Part shown: one piece after another, positions 24,921-37,255 of the stretch
How positions within the stretch are numbered: position 1 is the stretch's first letter
Layout: each line of letters begins with the position of its first letter
NCBI RefSeq assembly: GCF_018977255.1
Contig: NW_024704742.1
Span: 1,488,001 to 1,552,000, forward strand
Direction of reading: 5' to 3'
Source of the DNA: Callorhinchus milii
Lineage: Eukaryota
DNA: 64,000 nt
The notes under the pieces: generated by a model
Databases searched by the model: none
Seen by the model: the letters and a program-made list of their open reading frames with translations, nothing else
What the model was told of the DNA's origin: nothing
Position numbers and translations under genes: made by a program

Positions 24921-26689
24921 AATTCATACTGAAGCTGTAGGTAAACTCAAGGCATGGCGGGTCTCTCAGGTTATGGCCCAATTCTGCATGCATTCACTGA
25001 TCTCAGCCAATGCAGCACTTGGGGAGTCACAAAGAACCTCAGTTCTCCCAATTTGTTAGAGATAAATGCCACGACTCATCTCTTCTTTTTCCCTGGCTTG
25101 CCATCAAAATACGCCAAACTTAAGGGCTGCGAGGCACTGCCCCATGTGAAGGAGGCGATATAAGTGCAAGTTGTTGTCGTCATTGTTGGATGCATCTACG
25201 TGGGTTTCAAAACTGCTGGTCGGGCGAGCATGAAAGCAGATAATTTACTTTGAATCTTCTCTTCGGCAACGCGAGCAAAGAGGATAAAGGGTACCTGCAA
25301 CACTCCTCAATCCAGTCATTGAAACAAAATGTTACAGAAATCATTACCAGGACACTTAACATTTATTGAGCGCATAATTACAGTATATAAAAAAAGTAAA
25401 TGCCAGTTGAATAGAGCTACAGTTTACTCTCATGTCCCCTAAATTACAGCTTTAATACTGATCGGCTATGCTCTGCACGTAATTGTCTACAGAATTATGT
25501 TAACCCGTTGCCTTGACCGTTTGTTTTTGAATGAACAATTGGCTGCCACGTTTCGCCCACAAGTTTTGCAGTCAATTCACTTTGCGGTATATTCAGTGAA
25601 GAAGCTTTGCAACGTCTCGAAGGCGTAATGAGGCGCTATATCAAACGCAAGGATTATTATTATTATTATCATCAACATTTAGAGCACCAATATAACAATG
25701 ATTTGGATTACTCTAAGCTCCTGGTGAATTTTAGCAGCGCTGAGGAATAGAATGTATTTTTTTTACTTAATGACAATAACTAGGGTTGGAGTTCTGTTTG
25801 TCCATCAAACATGGCCCTCAAAGGCGATTGACACGTAAAATATCATGTGCTGCAAGCTCTTGCTCGCTGGGAGCACGGCTCAGACTGTCTGAACACACTT
25901 TCATTCAGGAGAGATGTTCATCTGATCAATCCACTCGGACTGGATTCAAACTCAAGTCCCAAAAGGCACTGTACCATCCACTATGGTTGGAATCTTATGA
26001 GAACTGACTGTTAATAAGACTTTGAACTGCTGAACCTCAAACTAAACCCAGTTATGACAGATATAGTCAGTTATTCTCAGTTCCTTTAGAAATGTCTGGC
26101 ACTCATAGGGAAGGTCAGTGAACCCATTTACATCGATATTTTGTGTGGTTTCGAGCCACACGACAACTTTCATTTGTGGAAATCCTCTAGCTGGATATCA
26201 CCACAAGTCTGGAAGCTGAAAACACAATTTGGAGGGCATCAAAAGCAAGAAACCAAAGGTTTAGGAGGTCTCTTAGCCACAAGAACCACAAGATGAACTG
26301 ATAGTGATGCCCTGCTGTTTGAGATAACGCCATTTTAGTTTCTGAAGGAGTGAGTTAAAGTTTTGGCTGCACTTCACAATGATAATAATGATAATAATCC
26401 TTGCATTTGATCTAACACCTTTCATGCCAGGAGGACGTCTTAAAGCATTTCATTTCAATAACTGTGAAGTGTAGTGACTCATTTTGTGGGCGAACAAAAA
26501 CAATTTGTGTACAATGTCCCACACACAGCCGTGATCAATTGTATCTGGGGCAAAATACTGCAGATGCTGGAAATCTGTGATAAAAACAGAAGTCGCTGGG
26601 AACACTCAGCAGGTTCAGGCAGCATCTATGGACAAAGATGGACCTTAGGCCCATTTTATCTCATCCCTCAAGAAAACTCATCCTACCAT

Positions 26690-26805
26690 CTCTCCCATTA
26701 CAATATCAAGCCGCTTCTTAAATGAGTCCAGTGTCCTCGCCTCAACCACCCTTTCTGGCAACCTGTTCCAGCAGTTAATTATGCTCTGGGCACAGAAAAC
26801 CTTGA
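26690..26805 (-). mobile_element. CR1 ORF2 C-terminal fragment
   Basis: Translates WNRLPERVVEARTLDSFKKRLD. Confidence 0.75.
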
Positions 26806-27126
26806 TCCAGTTGGCCTTGCTTATTGTCACTGGTACAGTGAATGATAAGTCAACTAACACCCTAGATTCAGCTTCCCCTCCTGGCGAGTTCTATTCCATC
26901 CCATGCAGCACATGTGTTTCCAAACCTAAGGATGACATCTCCAGCAATGCAGTAGATATTGAGATGAGGCACTGTGATATCAATTGTAGGTCTGAGTAAG
27001 TATCTACGGTGACTAACCTAACAATTTTGCTTCCAGTATATATTGCAGTACACCGGTGGCCAACCTTTTTGGTCGGCAAACAAAATAAATGTTCTCGATT
27101 GAATATTTCTTGATTTATGCCATTAA

Positions 27127-27272
27127 TAGTAATAATCCTTGCCTTTGATACAGCACCTTATCAAGTCTTCAAGATGTCCCAAAGCTCGCCCAACATTTCG
27201 CCCTGACCGGGAATCGAACCTAGGTCTCTCGCTTGTGAGGCAACTGCTCAAACCACTGAGCTACAGGACTCC
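27127..27272 (-). mobile_element. internally deleted SINE (head fused to tail)
   Basis: tRNA head followed directly by gctttgggacatc...aaggattatt. Confidence 0.75.
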
Positions 27273-28949
27273 ACAAATAAGAGAAGATCTTACATTAGTT
27301 GGGCTCTGAACCACCAGGTGACAAGCTGGAGGGAGGGGCGGTAGGGAAGGGAACAGGAGATAGAAACAGACAGGAAATAAAGTAATGAACTTGTGGGTTA
27401 CACTGTTTAGTTTTCAAAACTAAAATTTTCTTTCCTGCTACTGGTTTCAATACCACTTCTACCTCACCAGTAAAACACTAAACTGAACCATAAACACTTA
27501 GCAATATTTCTTAAAAGTCGCCATCAAAATCTCTTCCTTTGGTTGACAACAGTTAGATCTCTGGAGTCATAATGAGCACTTTGCTGCCGACACCATACAG
27601 ATCAAAGCACTTCACTTCGCTTTTAGAGCAGAGAAAAGAAACATCAAGTTGCAGTTACTAGGGATGTGTTTCAGGAATCAAAACTTGGCACCTTAAATAG
27701 TCGTACCACCCAATGCCTACAAGAGTCTTCTTTGGCTGTCAGGCTACATGGAATCTGTTCTCAATAGAGTTTGGGAAATATGGATACTTCAGATTGCCAG
27801 GAATATAACAGACGCTGCCTGGAATCAATTTGTTCACAGCACAGATGAAATGGAAATAAAATTCAATGACCAGGTCAGCCACATCCTAACCAAACAGCCA
27901 AGGGACTATGGATACACTCTTATCTGACCAGGACCAGATGCCATTTCTTAGACTATCAGGCGTAACAGGTGGATTCAGAGATACTAAACCATGCGATAAA
28001 GAACAGAGACCTAGAAAATGCACCATCTCACCGACTTAATGATTGGCTTCGGTCACCTGGAAGAACTTTGTCCACAAGGCATATTCAATACACAGCACAG
28101 TTATTTTCACAGTGTAAACCAAGCAAAATCCAAAGGAGGTAATCTTTACATCTGGCAAAATAACCCGCTTCAGGTGGTGAGCTTCATTTGGAGCTGACCC
28201 TGAGAGTTGGTCATTTTGCCTTCACTGCTTTATACAGAAGACCTTGTTCTGAAACAAGCCTTCAGCACGACACATGTTGAATTGGCCACCAAACCGCTGC
28301 AGTGATGTTGACTTTCTTCTGTTTGTATGACTATCAGAAGGGTTTAGTTCTCGTGGAAGGTTGCTCAGAAATGGCTCAGTTCTGAAACCACATTTGAACT
28401 GAGCGGATGTTCACTACTTAGAGAGACCAGTCAGAGAAACAACAACACTTGTATAGCGCCTTTCACATCAGGAGGACGTCCCAAGGCGCTGGAACTGTCA
28501 GGGATCTGCACCCGAGCTGGTGGTTGGGACCAGGAGGGGTGGAGGGCAGAACATACTGTGATTTGGGAACTGTTGGCTCTATCGCGACATCTTCCTATTA
28601 ATTTTCTCAGCTTGATTCAGATGAGGTTCTCTGATTAAAATTGATGTTGTCTGCTCGACATATATAGGAGAATGGTTTATACCGTGGCAAACATTCTAAT
28701 CCCATTTAGAGCCTCCGGCCATTCAGCCTGATCAGATGTAAACGCTATTGTTCAGGTGATTGGAACATCCAAATCTCAATGCATGGCAGAACAGATGCAA
28801 TCTATGAATGTCTCATTACAACACAGAATTAAGGAAAGTAATTTGTTACGAATATTGGGGTCTAACGTCTTTTATTTGTAACGCAATTCTTTAATAAGGA
28901 AACCAGATTTGCATCATTCTGACTCATAGAATGATTCTGACGCACAAGG

Positions 28950-29097
28950 CTCCATGAACCTATTACCCCCAATCCTCGCCTGGCTCCATTGGTTCCCCAT
29001 CCCCCAGCGGATTGAGTTCAAGATCCTCATTCTCACCTTCAAATACCTCCAAGGTCTTGCCCCACCTCTTATCTCTGTCACCTCCTTCAACCCTACT
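28950..29097 (+). mobile_element. L2 ORF2 C-terminal fragment
   Basis: ITPILAWLHWFPIPQRIEFKILILTFKYLQGLAP, the L2 'LHWLP..RI.FK' motif. Confidence 0.75.
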
Positions 29098-29512
29098 GAG
29101 GAGCCAGGCGAGGATTGAGTGGAAAGAGTCCCTGTCTCCAGTGACTGGTCTGCTCTTCTAAGTCCTACCAGTGAGCCAGACTAGCTGTGCTGTTATCAGC
29201 GAACCAGACCGGCTCAGGACCAGAGTGCAGAGACCCCCGGGGAAGACTGACATTCTGTTGCCAAGCACATTACCGGAGAGAGAATTCAGCTCCAAGGAGA
29301 GTTAATTTACCTCCTCCTCCCTCGCACCCACCCCCAGCCTTGGAGTCACGCCAGGAGCTAACAAATTATTTCTAATATCTGACAAAGTACCTTTGAAGTT
29401 TCTCTTTTATGTAATAGAATTAGAAATCATTTCAAATTGGATCCCAATATCTGACAAAGTATATAAATATAAACAAATATGAAGTATTTGTAATAGACTG
29501 TGAAAAACTGAC

Positions 29513-29658
29513 CTGTTTCACCAATTGCTCCTTCTTGACTAGGCCCGTTGCTGCCGCTATATTCCCAGCTCCTTCCACTGTCTTCTGGGCGACGGCAGAC
29601 ATTCCGGTCACCACGGCTCCTCCAACCAGAGATGCCTGCTCTTTGGTCTTCTCGGCCA
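29513..29658 (-). CDS. SNCA: alpha-synuclein NAC exon (aa 55-103)
   Basis: [49 protein letters not shown]. Contains the NAC core that beta-synuclein lacks. Boundaries ttcttgccag|TG ... CAG|gtcagt; 146 nt restores phase 0. Confidence 0.97.
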
Positions 29659-32600
29659 CTGGCAAGAAATCACAGGAAATACACTGACCTATTGCACAAG
29701 AAGCTTCAGCCACAAACAACAAATGACAAGAATCAATTTCCGATGAATGGGCACCAACAGCTCGTCACAACCAACACATCATTTCACTTCCTATCGCTTG
29801 GTTCATTTCCCCATCCGTGACGTGTGGCAAGTATCATGTCGTAACAAGTCCATGCAGTATTGGGTAAGTGCCAAGGCAAGTGCCTTACGGGTCAGTTTGC
29901 AACAAGGGAGATCCCTTTGTTACTCCTTTTTTGTTCCTCTTTCCCTCCCTTAACTAAGTTAATGTAATCACAAGGCCGCAATCCAGTTTCCGTCATGTAG
30001 CTAATGGACAGGCAGCTCAGAAATATAGTCATTCTCTAGTCAACCTCATAAATCTGGTGATGTTTTAAAATGGAAATTAGTCCTCAATTCCCACTGCTCT
30101 ACCTTTGGTTACAATGTACAGTATTATCCCTTTCGTTTAATAGCAACATAAAATGTTTTACCCCTAAGTTAAAAAATAACTCTCCATAAAACAACTGGAT
30201 GAAGAAAGGGTAGGAAATAGAGACATATTCTGCAAATAAGCAAGCATTGCAAGGCAATTTGCAACGCTCCTGTTCCCCCCTTTCTGAGTAATTGCTGTAT
30301 ATTGATTTGCATAACCAACGTGTTCTCAAACTCTTCGATCTGTGTAACTGCGGTGAGAATAAAGCAAATAAGCAGCAGTAATAATAATCCTTGCACTTGT
30401 TGTGGCACCTTATTACATTGATAATAGATCTCAAAGCACTTCCAAAGCTATACTGCAAAGTGGTGTAACTGTGTGTATTTTGTAGACAAAAGACCTGAAT
30501 AGTATAGAACTATCCAACAACTGCTTCACAAAGAAAACCTCAACAGCCCAGCAGCGTAGACTGACAGCGTTAGGTTGAAAGAATTCAAATATGAGCTTTC
30601 AATCCTAATTTTCCAACAAACAAAACACATATCTCCTTCAAGCTTTCTATAAATTCCCTGCTCCTCCTCCAAACCCTTTCATATTTGTCCCAATGGGTGC
30701 AGACACTTCTAGAGGGAAAAAAAGCAAACGAGAAACAATGTAAAAGGTAAATGTGAAGAATGACGCAGGCTCCACTCACACACAGTTAACCTTTCCCCGT
30801 GTTATTGGTGCCCCATGTCCCCCATGCGCAGAGCTAACAAATTGGTTAACAACCTCCAGCTCCGTCCTGCTCCACGTCTCCCCCACTCTCCACTGCTGGG
30901 CCCACCCCAGCATTGGCGGTCTCTGTTCCCACCCTTTGGAACTCCAACCCACATTCCCTTCGCCTCGCTCCCTCCCTTGCCTCCTTCAGGGTACATCTCA
31001 AGTCCCTCCTCTTTGACTGCACCTTCTAACCCTCCCCTTCCTGCCCTCGACCCCACCTGATCCTAATCCCCTGCTCGGGTCCAAATCCCTGACGGTCCAG
31101 CACCTTGCGACATCCTTTCCAACGTGAAAGGTGCTATACAAATGTAATTTGTTGTTTTTGCCGTTGTTGTTCATCATTTGGTGTTTAACGTGAAATAAGA
31201 GCGAAACACAAGTGGAAAGCAAACGAGGTATAGGCACCTGCACCACATTTACAGCGCTGGGTTGAACCCACGCCAAGTGGAAGGAGCATTGGGAAAGAGG
31301 GAAGTAAAATGTTTATGCTGCCTTTCAAGTCAAAACGTCGAATAGTTTGACTCTTTCCAATAATTAGCGTCACATGCAGCGACTGTTTTTTTGTGGGCAT
31401 AGACGGCAGCCATTTTGCACACAGCAAAGTCCCATAAATAGCCTCGAGGGCACATCACCAATTAATCTGGAGAATTGCTGGCCAGGACATCAGAACAGTC
31501 CCTTTTCTTCTCAAACAGAGCTATAAGATCCTTAACATCCAACTGAAACTCCAGCGATGGGCGTGTAATTCGATTCACTCTGCCGGAATACAAAATTCTC
31601 CCCGAGACCTTTCTTCCAATTCACCGTCACGAAAGGTTGATGACATATAAACCTAGAGATTGTATGCACCCAGGTACAAATTCATCAACGACCAAAATTA
31701 TACACTACCCTCATGGTGAAACAATTGGCAGGATTATCCTATATACACATATATATAGTCATCATGTTGATTTAGATCTCCATTCAGTAGGAAGAGTTTG
31801 ATGCAATTTTTTAATCAAGTAGGAATTTAATAGCAAATTTGCAAACAGGTTTGTAACAATTAAACTTCAAAAATGATTTCTCATTGCTGCAAATAATCCA
31901 ACGGAACTCAGCACATGTAAATGGAGTTTTAATGAGATGCAAACATCAGGATTCATTCCACATGAAGAAGCCGATTAGAAGACTGTCACATTCCTGCAAA
32001 TAGGATTGATGCTACAGTCACTCATTGTGGCTAATACTGGTTCTCTCTGTACCCCACATTAGCTTGTCTGATCAGAAACAACGCTCTGGCAAACAGAAAA
32101 GAGAAGCTTATCGCATTCGTGGCACGTGGAGGGCAGTCAAGTGCACAACTGCAAAGAACCTCAATTGTGTAATCAAACTAGTTGAAAGTGCAAGCATGTA
32201 TAAACCCACATGCCTTGAAGACAACGCGTTCTCTTTCTTCTGAATTGTTAAGACTCTTGCATGCAAGTGACTGACTGATCTCACCGAGTCCTGCTCACCA
32301 ATCATCCCTCGCCCCCGTGAGATAAGAATCAATCGCCCTTTAAGCAAAGTGCAGATCATGTGCTTCTCAATTTTGATCTTAAAAGGTAATTATGCATCAC
32401 AATCTTTGAGCATCCTTGATCACATAACCACAAGGGCTTTGACTCGTAGAGTGAGGGCATGTCCGTACCTGTAAGTTATGGTAACTGCCTTCGCCAGATG
32501 CATCTCGTCGGAGACACTTTGGCTGCAGGTAAGAGCAAGCCTACCTTCCTACCACTCTCCAAGGAGGATATTATTAGATGTGTTGCTTATTTTAGTCAAC

Positions 32601-32835
32601 CTTGAAAGGGTGAAGGGATTATACAGTATTATAACACGTATATCGTTACTCAGAAAAACCAGAGCTGAAAGTTCACACTCACATCTTCCCCTTCCGACAC
32701 AAAATCTATTTGTTTCCACTTGTGATCTGACTGCTTTATTTGTGCACGCTGCCATAAATAATCTAACAACCCTGAGCTGCTAAGAACTGCATAGCAACAC
32801 AATAAGATTAACTGCTCTTTCTTAAAATTTACTTT

Positions 32836-33259
32836 GGGGGCAACCGTGATGGTGCAGTGGACAAAGCTGCACCTTACGATACAAGAGATCATTAGTTATA
32901 CTAATAATTAGTTTGAATCCCGGCTCGTGATGAGTTCAGTGGTCTGACCCACGGTTCCAGGACTCCATGAGGCTAAATTAGCCACAGCCTTCACAGGGTT
33001 GGACTCCAGCTGTTACCCCAACGCACACTCTGGGGTCCCCAAACCTTAGCTCTTGCCAACCTGCGCCTAGTACTTTCCGGAATTAGTTAAGCAGGATTCA
33101 TCGCTCCGGGGAGAGAGAGAGAGAGCTCATTCCATTCCAACAATCTATCTCTGGGATTTCCATGTGCAGGTGGGTTGCATGGAAATCTCAGTTTGGTCTG
33201 GATACGGTGATGGGTTTCCACGTGTGTCAGACACCAGGCTGACCCATACAAAAAAAAAG
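32836..33259 (+). mobile_element. putative tRNA-headed SINE of a different family
   Basis: A-box-like tggtgcagtgg (32850-32860), B-box-like gtttgaatcc (32911-32920), 3' ~235 bp shared with 47028-47265, A-rich end. Confidence 0.5.
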
Positions 33260-34049
33260 CCAGGGGGAAGACCAGCCAGAATTTCTCTATTCGGTGTCCT
33301 CATAGCTACTGTCAAGCTCGCATGTGGTATCTGGGAGGGAAGAGGTCAGGCTTGGCTAAGTACAGTTAAGTGACCTGCTAACTCACTGCCAAGGCTCACC
33401 AGATGAGCAATGGACGCTTGAGCAAGGTTTTGGAGGGCATTCGGACCAACGGAACTGCACTCCAGCCAGAGGAGGCCAGAGCAGGAGCAGGAAGTCAGCG
33501 GGCAGATAATTAGGGGGTTGGGGGGACAAAGATCAAACGGATAGAACAAAATTATTTTCTTGAAATAAAATTCATTGGAGTTGGAGGAAAAGCTGTGCTT
33601 TTCCGATGCACACAGCCTGAGTCACGATTCATTCAACGTTGTAGACTACGAAACGACAATCGCATTTCATTTTGCTCTATCCATCAAGTTTTGGCACATT
33701 CACCCATATATGGTAATACTGTCAGTATCGCAGCACATCAGCAAGCAAGCTGCAAGTGGGTGTGCGTCCGCGTGTGTGTGGGGCGGGGGTGGCGGTGAGG
33801 GAGAAAGAGAGGAGACTGCTGCCCTTAAACTCTTCAGTAATTTCGCCCTTCACATCATACTAACATTCAAATAATGGCAAAGCACACAAAGCTCACTCCT
33901 CGCACACTGCAATCTCGATCATTCAAATCTGATCTCAATGGCAATTCAATGGGCAATTTTAACCTCTTTTAATTGGACAAGTAGCAAATGTCCTCTTCAC
34001 ATCTCTGGTAATTGCAATTTACAGTCGCCAGCTCCTAGCATCAGTGGAT

Positions 34050-34286
34050 TTCTCTTTGACCGTGCCTTCAGCTCCCCTCTCGACTCTCTTCCCCCTCCTC
34101 GCTCCCTCCCTACGCTCCCCTCACCCTGACCATCTCCCCGCTCCTTGCTCCCTCCCTTCCCTCCCCTCACCCTGACCATTTCCCCCCTGCTCGGGTCATG
34201 ACCCAACTGTGCAGCGCCTTGGGACGTCCTCCTGACGTGAAAGGCGCTTTATAAATGGAATCTTGTTGTTGTTGTTGTTGTTGTTG
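34050..34286 (+). mobile_element. young L2 LINE 3' end
   Basis: LFDRAF ORF2 end, C-rich 3'UTR with an internal duplication, stem-loop tail and (TTG)n. Confidence 0.85.
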
Positions 34287-37114
34287 ATCCACTCTTAAAC
34301 CATAATCTGTTAACCTTCTGGCCCTCATAATCTCTCTGCTCTGAAGTGGGCTTCTCACATCTCCTCCATTCCTAAAGCAGTCTCCAAGAAACAGCAACAA
34401 CTTGCATTTATTTGAATTTATATAAATCCCGTTAAAAAATATATATAAAATAATAATTCGGTCATTTCAATCCACGACTGTTTGTGGGGACGCTGCTGTG
34501 CGCAATTGGCTGCCGTGTTTCACCCACAAACTATACAGACTATTCACCTTACAGTGTATTCCGTGAAGCGCTTTGAGACGTCTCAAAGACGTGACAAGGC
34601 GCTATATCAAATGCGAGGATTATTATCATATAGCACCCTTCATCCAGAGTAGCATCTCGCTAAACAGTGTCAGAGCCTGACCCAAGCTAGGAGAAGGGGC
34701 TACACATGGTCGAAGAGAAAGGTCTTCAAGCGTGATCTGAAAATGGGGAAGGAGGGGTAAGAGAGGGAGAGAGGTTCGGGGTGCAGGGCTGAAATCACAG
34801 CCGCCGATGGTGGAGTGGAGGGGACAAGGAACAAGAAGAAAGCCGGAACCAGCCCAGTGGAAGCGGCGTGAAGCGCAGTGGGGAGTTAGAAGGTCAGGGG
34901 GGGTAGGGAGGAGTCACTCAATTTAGTTTCTTCTTGAACCTTCAAGATTGTGAAACCCTGGCTCAGTCTTTTGTCCTTTTCCAACACGCAGACTTTTAAA
35001 AGCTAACCATGGCATTACCTAACCACATCTTCCCTCAGTTCGGTTTCTCTACAGCTTGAGCGCTCTAGAAATTATCACCCTGCGTTCCATTCTTCTTCAA
35101 GCCTGGTACGTGTGAACGTGTAGGAGATTCTGTGTGAAAGCTGGAGCTACATGAAAACCCTGCTTTAGCGAGAGGCTTTTCGCAGAGAAAAATGCATCGC
35201 TATTGCTCCATTAAACACAGTGCTCTTACAGTATACCTCGTCAGCCTCCCACATTCAATCTTCGAACATGTGTTTGAACCTAATTCCACTGTTCTCGATG
35301 GAAAAATAAATGAAAAAAGCGAGGAGACGGATAAAGGTTGCAACTTCCATTTTTCGGGGCACTGAGCGCATGTGAGACCACGTTTGAATTAAGCGCAGGC
35401 TAACTCACCGTAAAGGCTGGAATATCGAACTCATTTCACACACCAAAGAGTAGGAACGCAGAGCGTAAGACGAGTTAAGCATCTTTCACAATCTGCACGC
35501 TGAACTCCTTATTCCTGCTTTGCCGGACAGATTTTCCGTGCTTTTTAGTGTTGCTCTGCTCGCTCTGCCGGTTTCACACACACACCACAATCTTAAGAGA
35601 TTTAATGACACGTTGCAACGCTGTCGAACAAATGTCAGTTCGCTTAACACGACTGTTCTAATTTCAGTCTTCAATTCAATCCAAGGCCATCATGATTAAA
35701 ACACCATTTTTTTTTTAAAAATGGGCAGAATCTCACAAAACAACGTACGTCGCCCCAGTTTGAAATATCGCAGTTATTTCAGAAATGTTACTTGACTTGC
35801 CATAGTGGTGATGGAACAACAACGACAACAACATGCTGTGTGCCAACAGACACTACCCAACAGAAACGAAATGCACACAGTGGATTAATTCTCAGCACTG
35901 TCTGCTTGCAATGCATAGTTTGGTTCATCTTAGAGGTTCACCTGATATAGATTTTGTCACATGGACCCAGATGGTTGTGTCATTCATACCTTTCTGCCTC
36001 CCCCTCATGTCACTTTCCCACTGGAGTCCTGAAACATAGCGTTGCATTGTCGGAGGTGCCATCCTTCAGATGAAACGTTAAACCAAGGTCCCATCTGCCT
36101 GTTCAGGTGGATGCTAAGGATCCTATTGTCGCTCTACGAAAAGGGAAGGGAGCTTCTCTCTCCCGGTGTCCTGGTCAATAATCCCCAAATAAAATTGGTC
36201 ATCCCACAAAACAGAGTAACGTCACCCCAGTCTAAAATATTGTTTGTGAGATACTACTGTGAGTAACTGGCTGCCACCTTTCACCTCAAAAATGCACAGT
36301 CAATCCACGTTACAGTATATTCTGTAAAGTGCTTTGAGACACCTCAACAATGTGATAAAGCGCTATACAAAATGCAAGGATTATTATTATTGTTATTATT
36401 ATTATTCCCAGTGGTGAAGTTGACAAAGCCCATTGCACTGGACACCTGACTCACAGTCGTTCACTGTCACTTGGGAGGCACTAACTGAAATCATTTGAAG
36501 CAGGAGAGGATGGATAAATAAAGAAGTGATGGAAAGAGGGAGTGCGGGATTGAAAGGAATAAAGGGAAGAGGGTGGGGCTGAAATGAAGAGTGAAGAGAG
36601 TAGAAGATGGGTAGGGAGAGGAAAATGATTGGGTGCGGAACAGAGACCAAGGAGGGAAGGATGGGTGGGGAATGGAGGCCTTTTATTAAGTGTTTGTGTT
36701 ACATCTGCTCTGCTTCCTCATCAAAATGATCCAGAGTCCCAAAGCAAAATGGGAGCCCGACCGATACATCGGAATGGGTTACACAACATAATCCAGTCAA
36801 TGCAAATAAAACAAATTCACACAACATATCAGTTATGTTTTATTAACCTTGCTGTGATTTTTTGTATATATATAATATATAATCATTTGTAAAAAGATAA
36901 TATACGCGTAGGATCATTGTGCTATGGAAGCAATCCAGCAGGTGCTGTGAAGGCTCAATTTCTCACCACACTGGTAGCAATTTTATTACAGCCAGATATT
37001 AGCCCAGGGTTCATTGCATGAAAGGTGATTAACATTGGAGAAAGATAGACAGAGCTCAGGAAAAGCTCTCACAGACAAAAGTTGAGTTGTGGAATTATAT
37101 TAGCCGCTAGGTAC

Positions 37115-37156
37115 CTGAGGAAACTCCATGATATACACCTTCCTTCGTCTTGGAAC
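37115..37156 (-). CDS. SNCA: alpha-synuclein 42-nt exon (aa 41-54, GSKTKEGVYHGVSS)
   Basis: Read manually on the minus strand: tttatttcag|GT TCC AAG ACG AAG GAA GGT GTA TAT CAT GGA GTT TCC TCA G|gtacct. KTKEGV repeat, 42 nt, phase 1-1 like SNCA exon 3. Confidence 0.95.
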
Positions 37157-37231
37157 CTGAAATAAATGGGAATTCCTGCCATTAAATTGGAGAACAAGCA
37201 AACAGACCACATTCAGATCTCAGTACCACCG

Positions 37232-37255
37232 CCCCCCCCCCCCCCCCCCCCCCCC
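37232..37255. repeat. C24 homopolymer (G24 in the SNCA pre-mRNA)
   Basis: Read directly from the sequence. Confidence 0.9.

Noticed and set aside
30620-30735. Strong minus-strand acceptor (ttttttccctctag) as a possible SNCA exon 3
   Set aside because: The downstream sequence is not synuclein-like; the true 42-nt exon is at 37115-37156.
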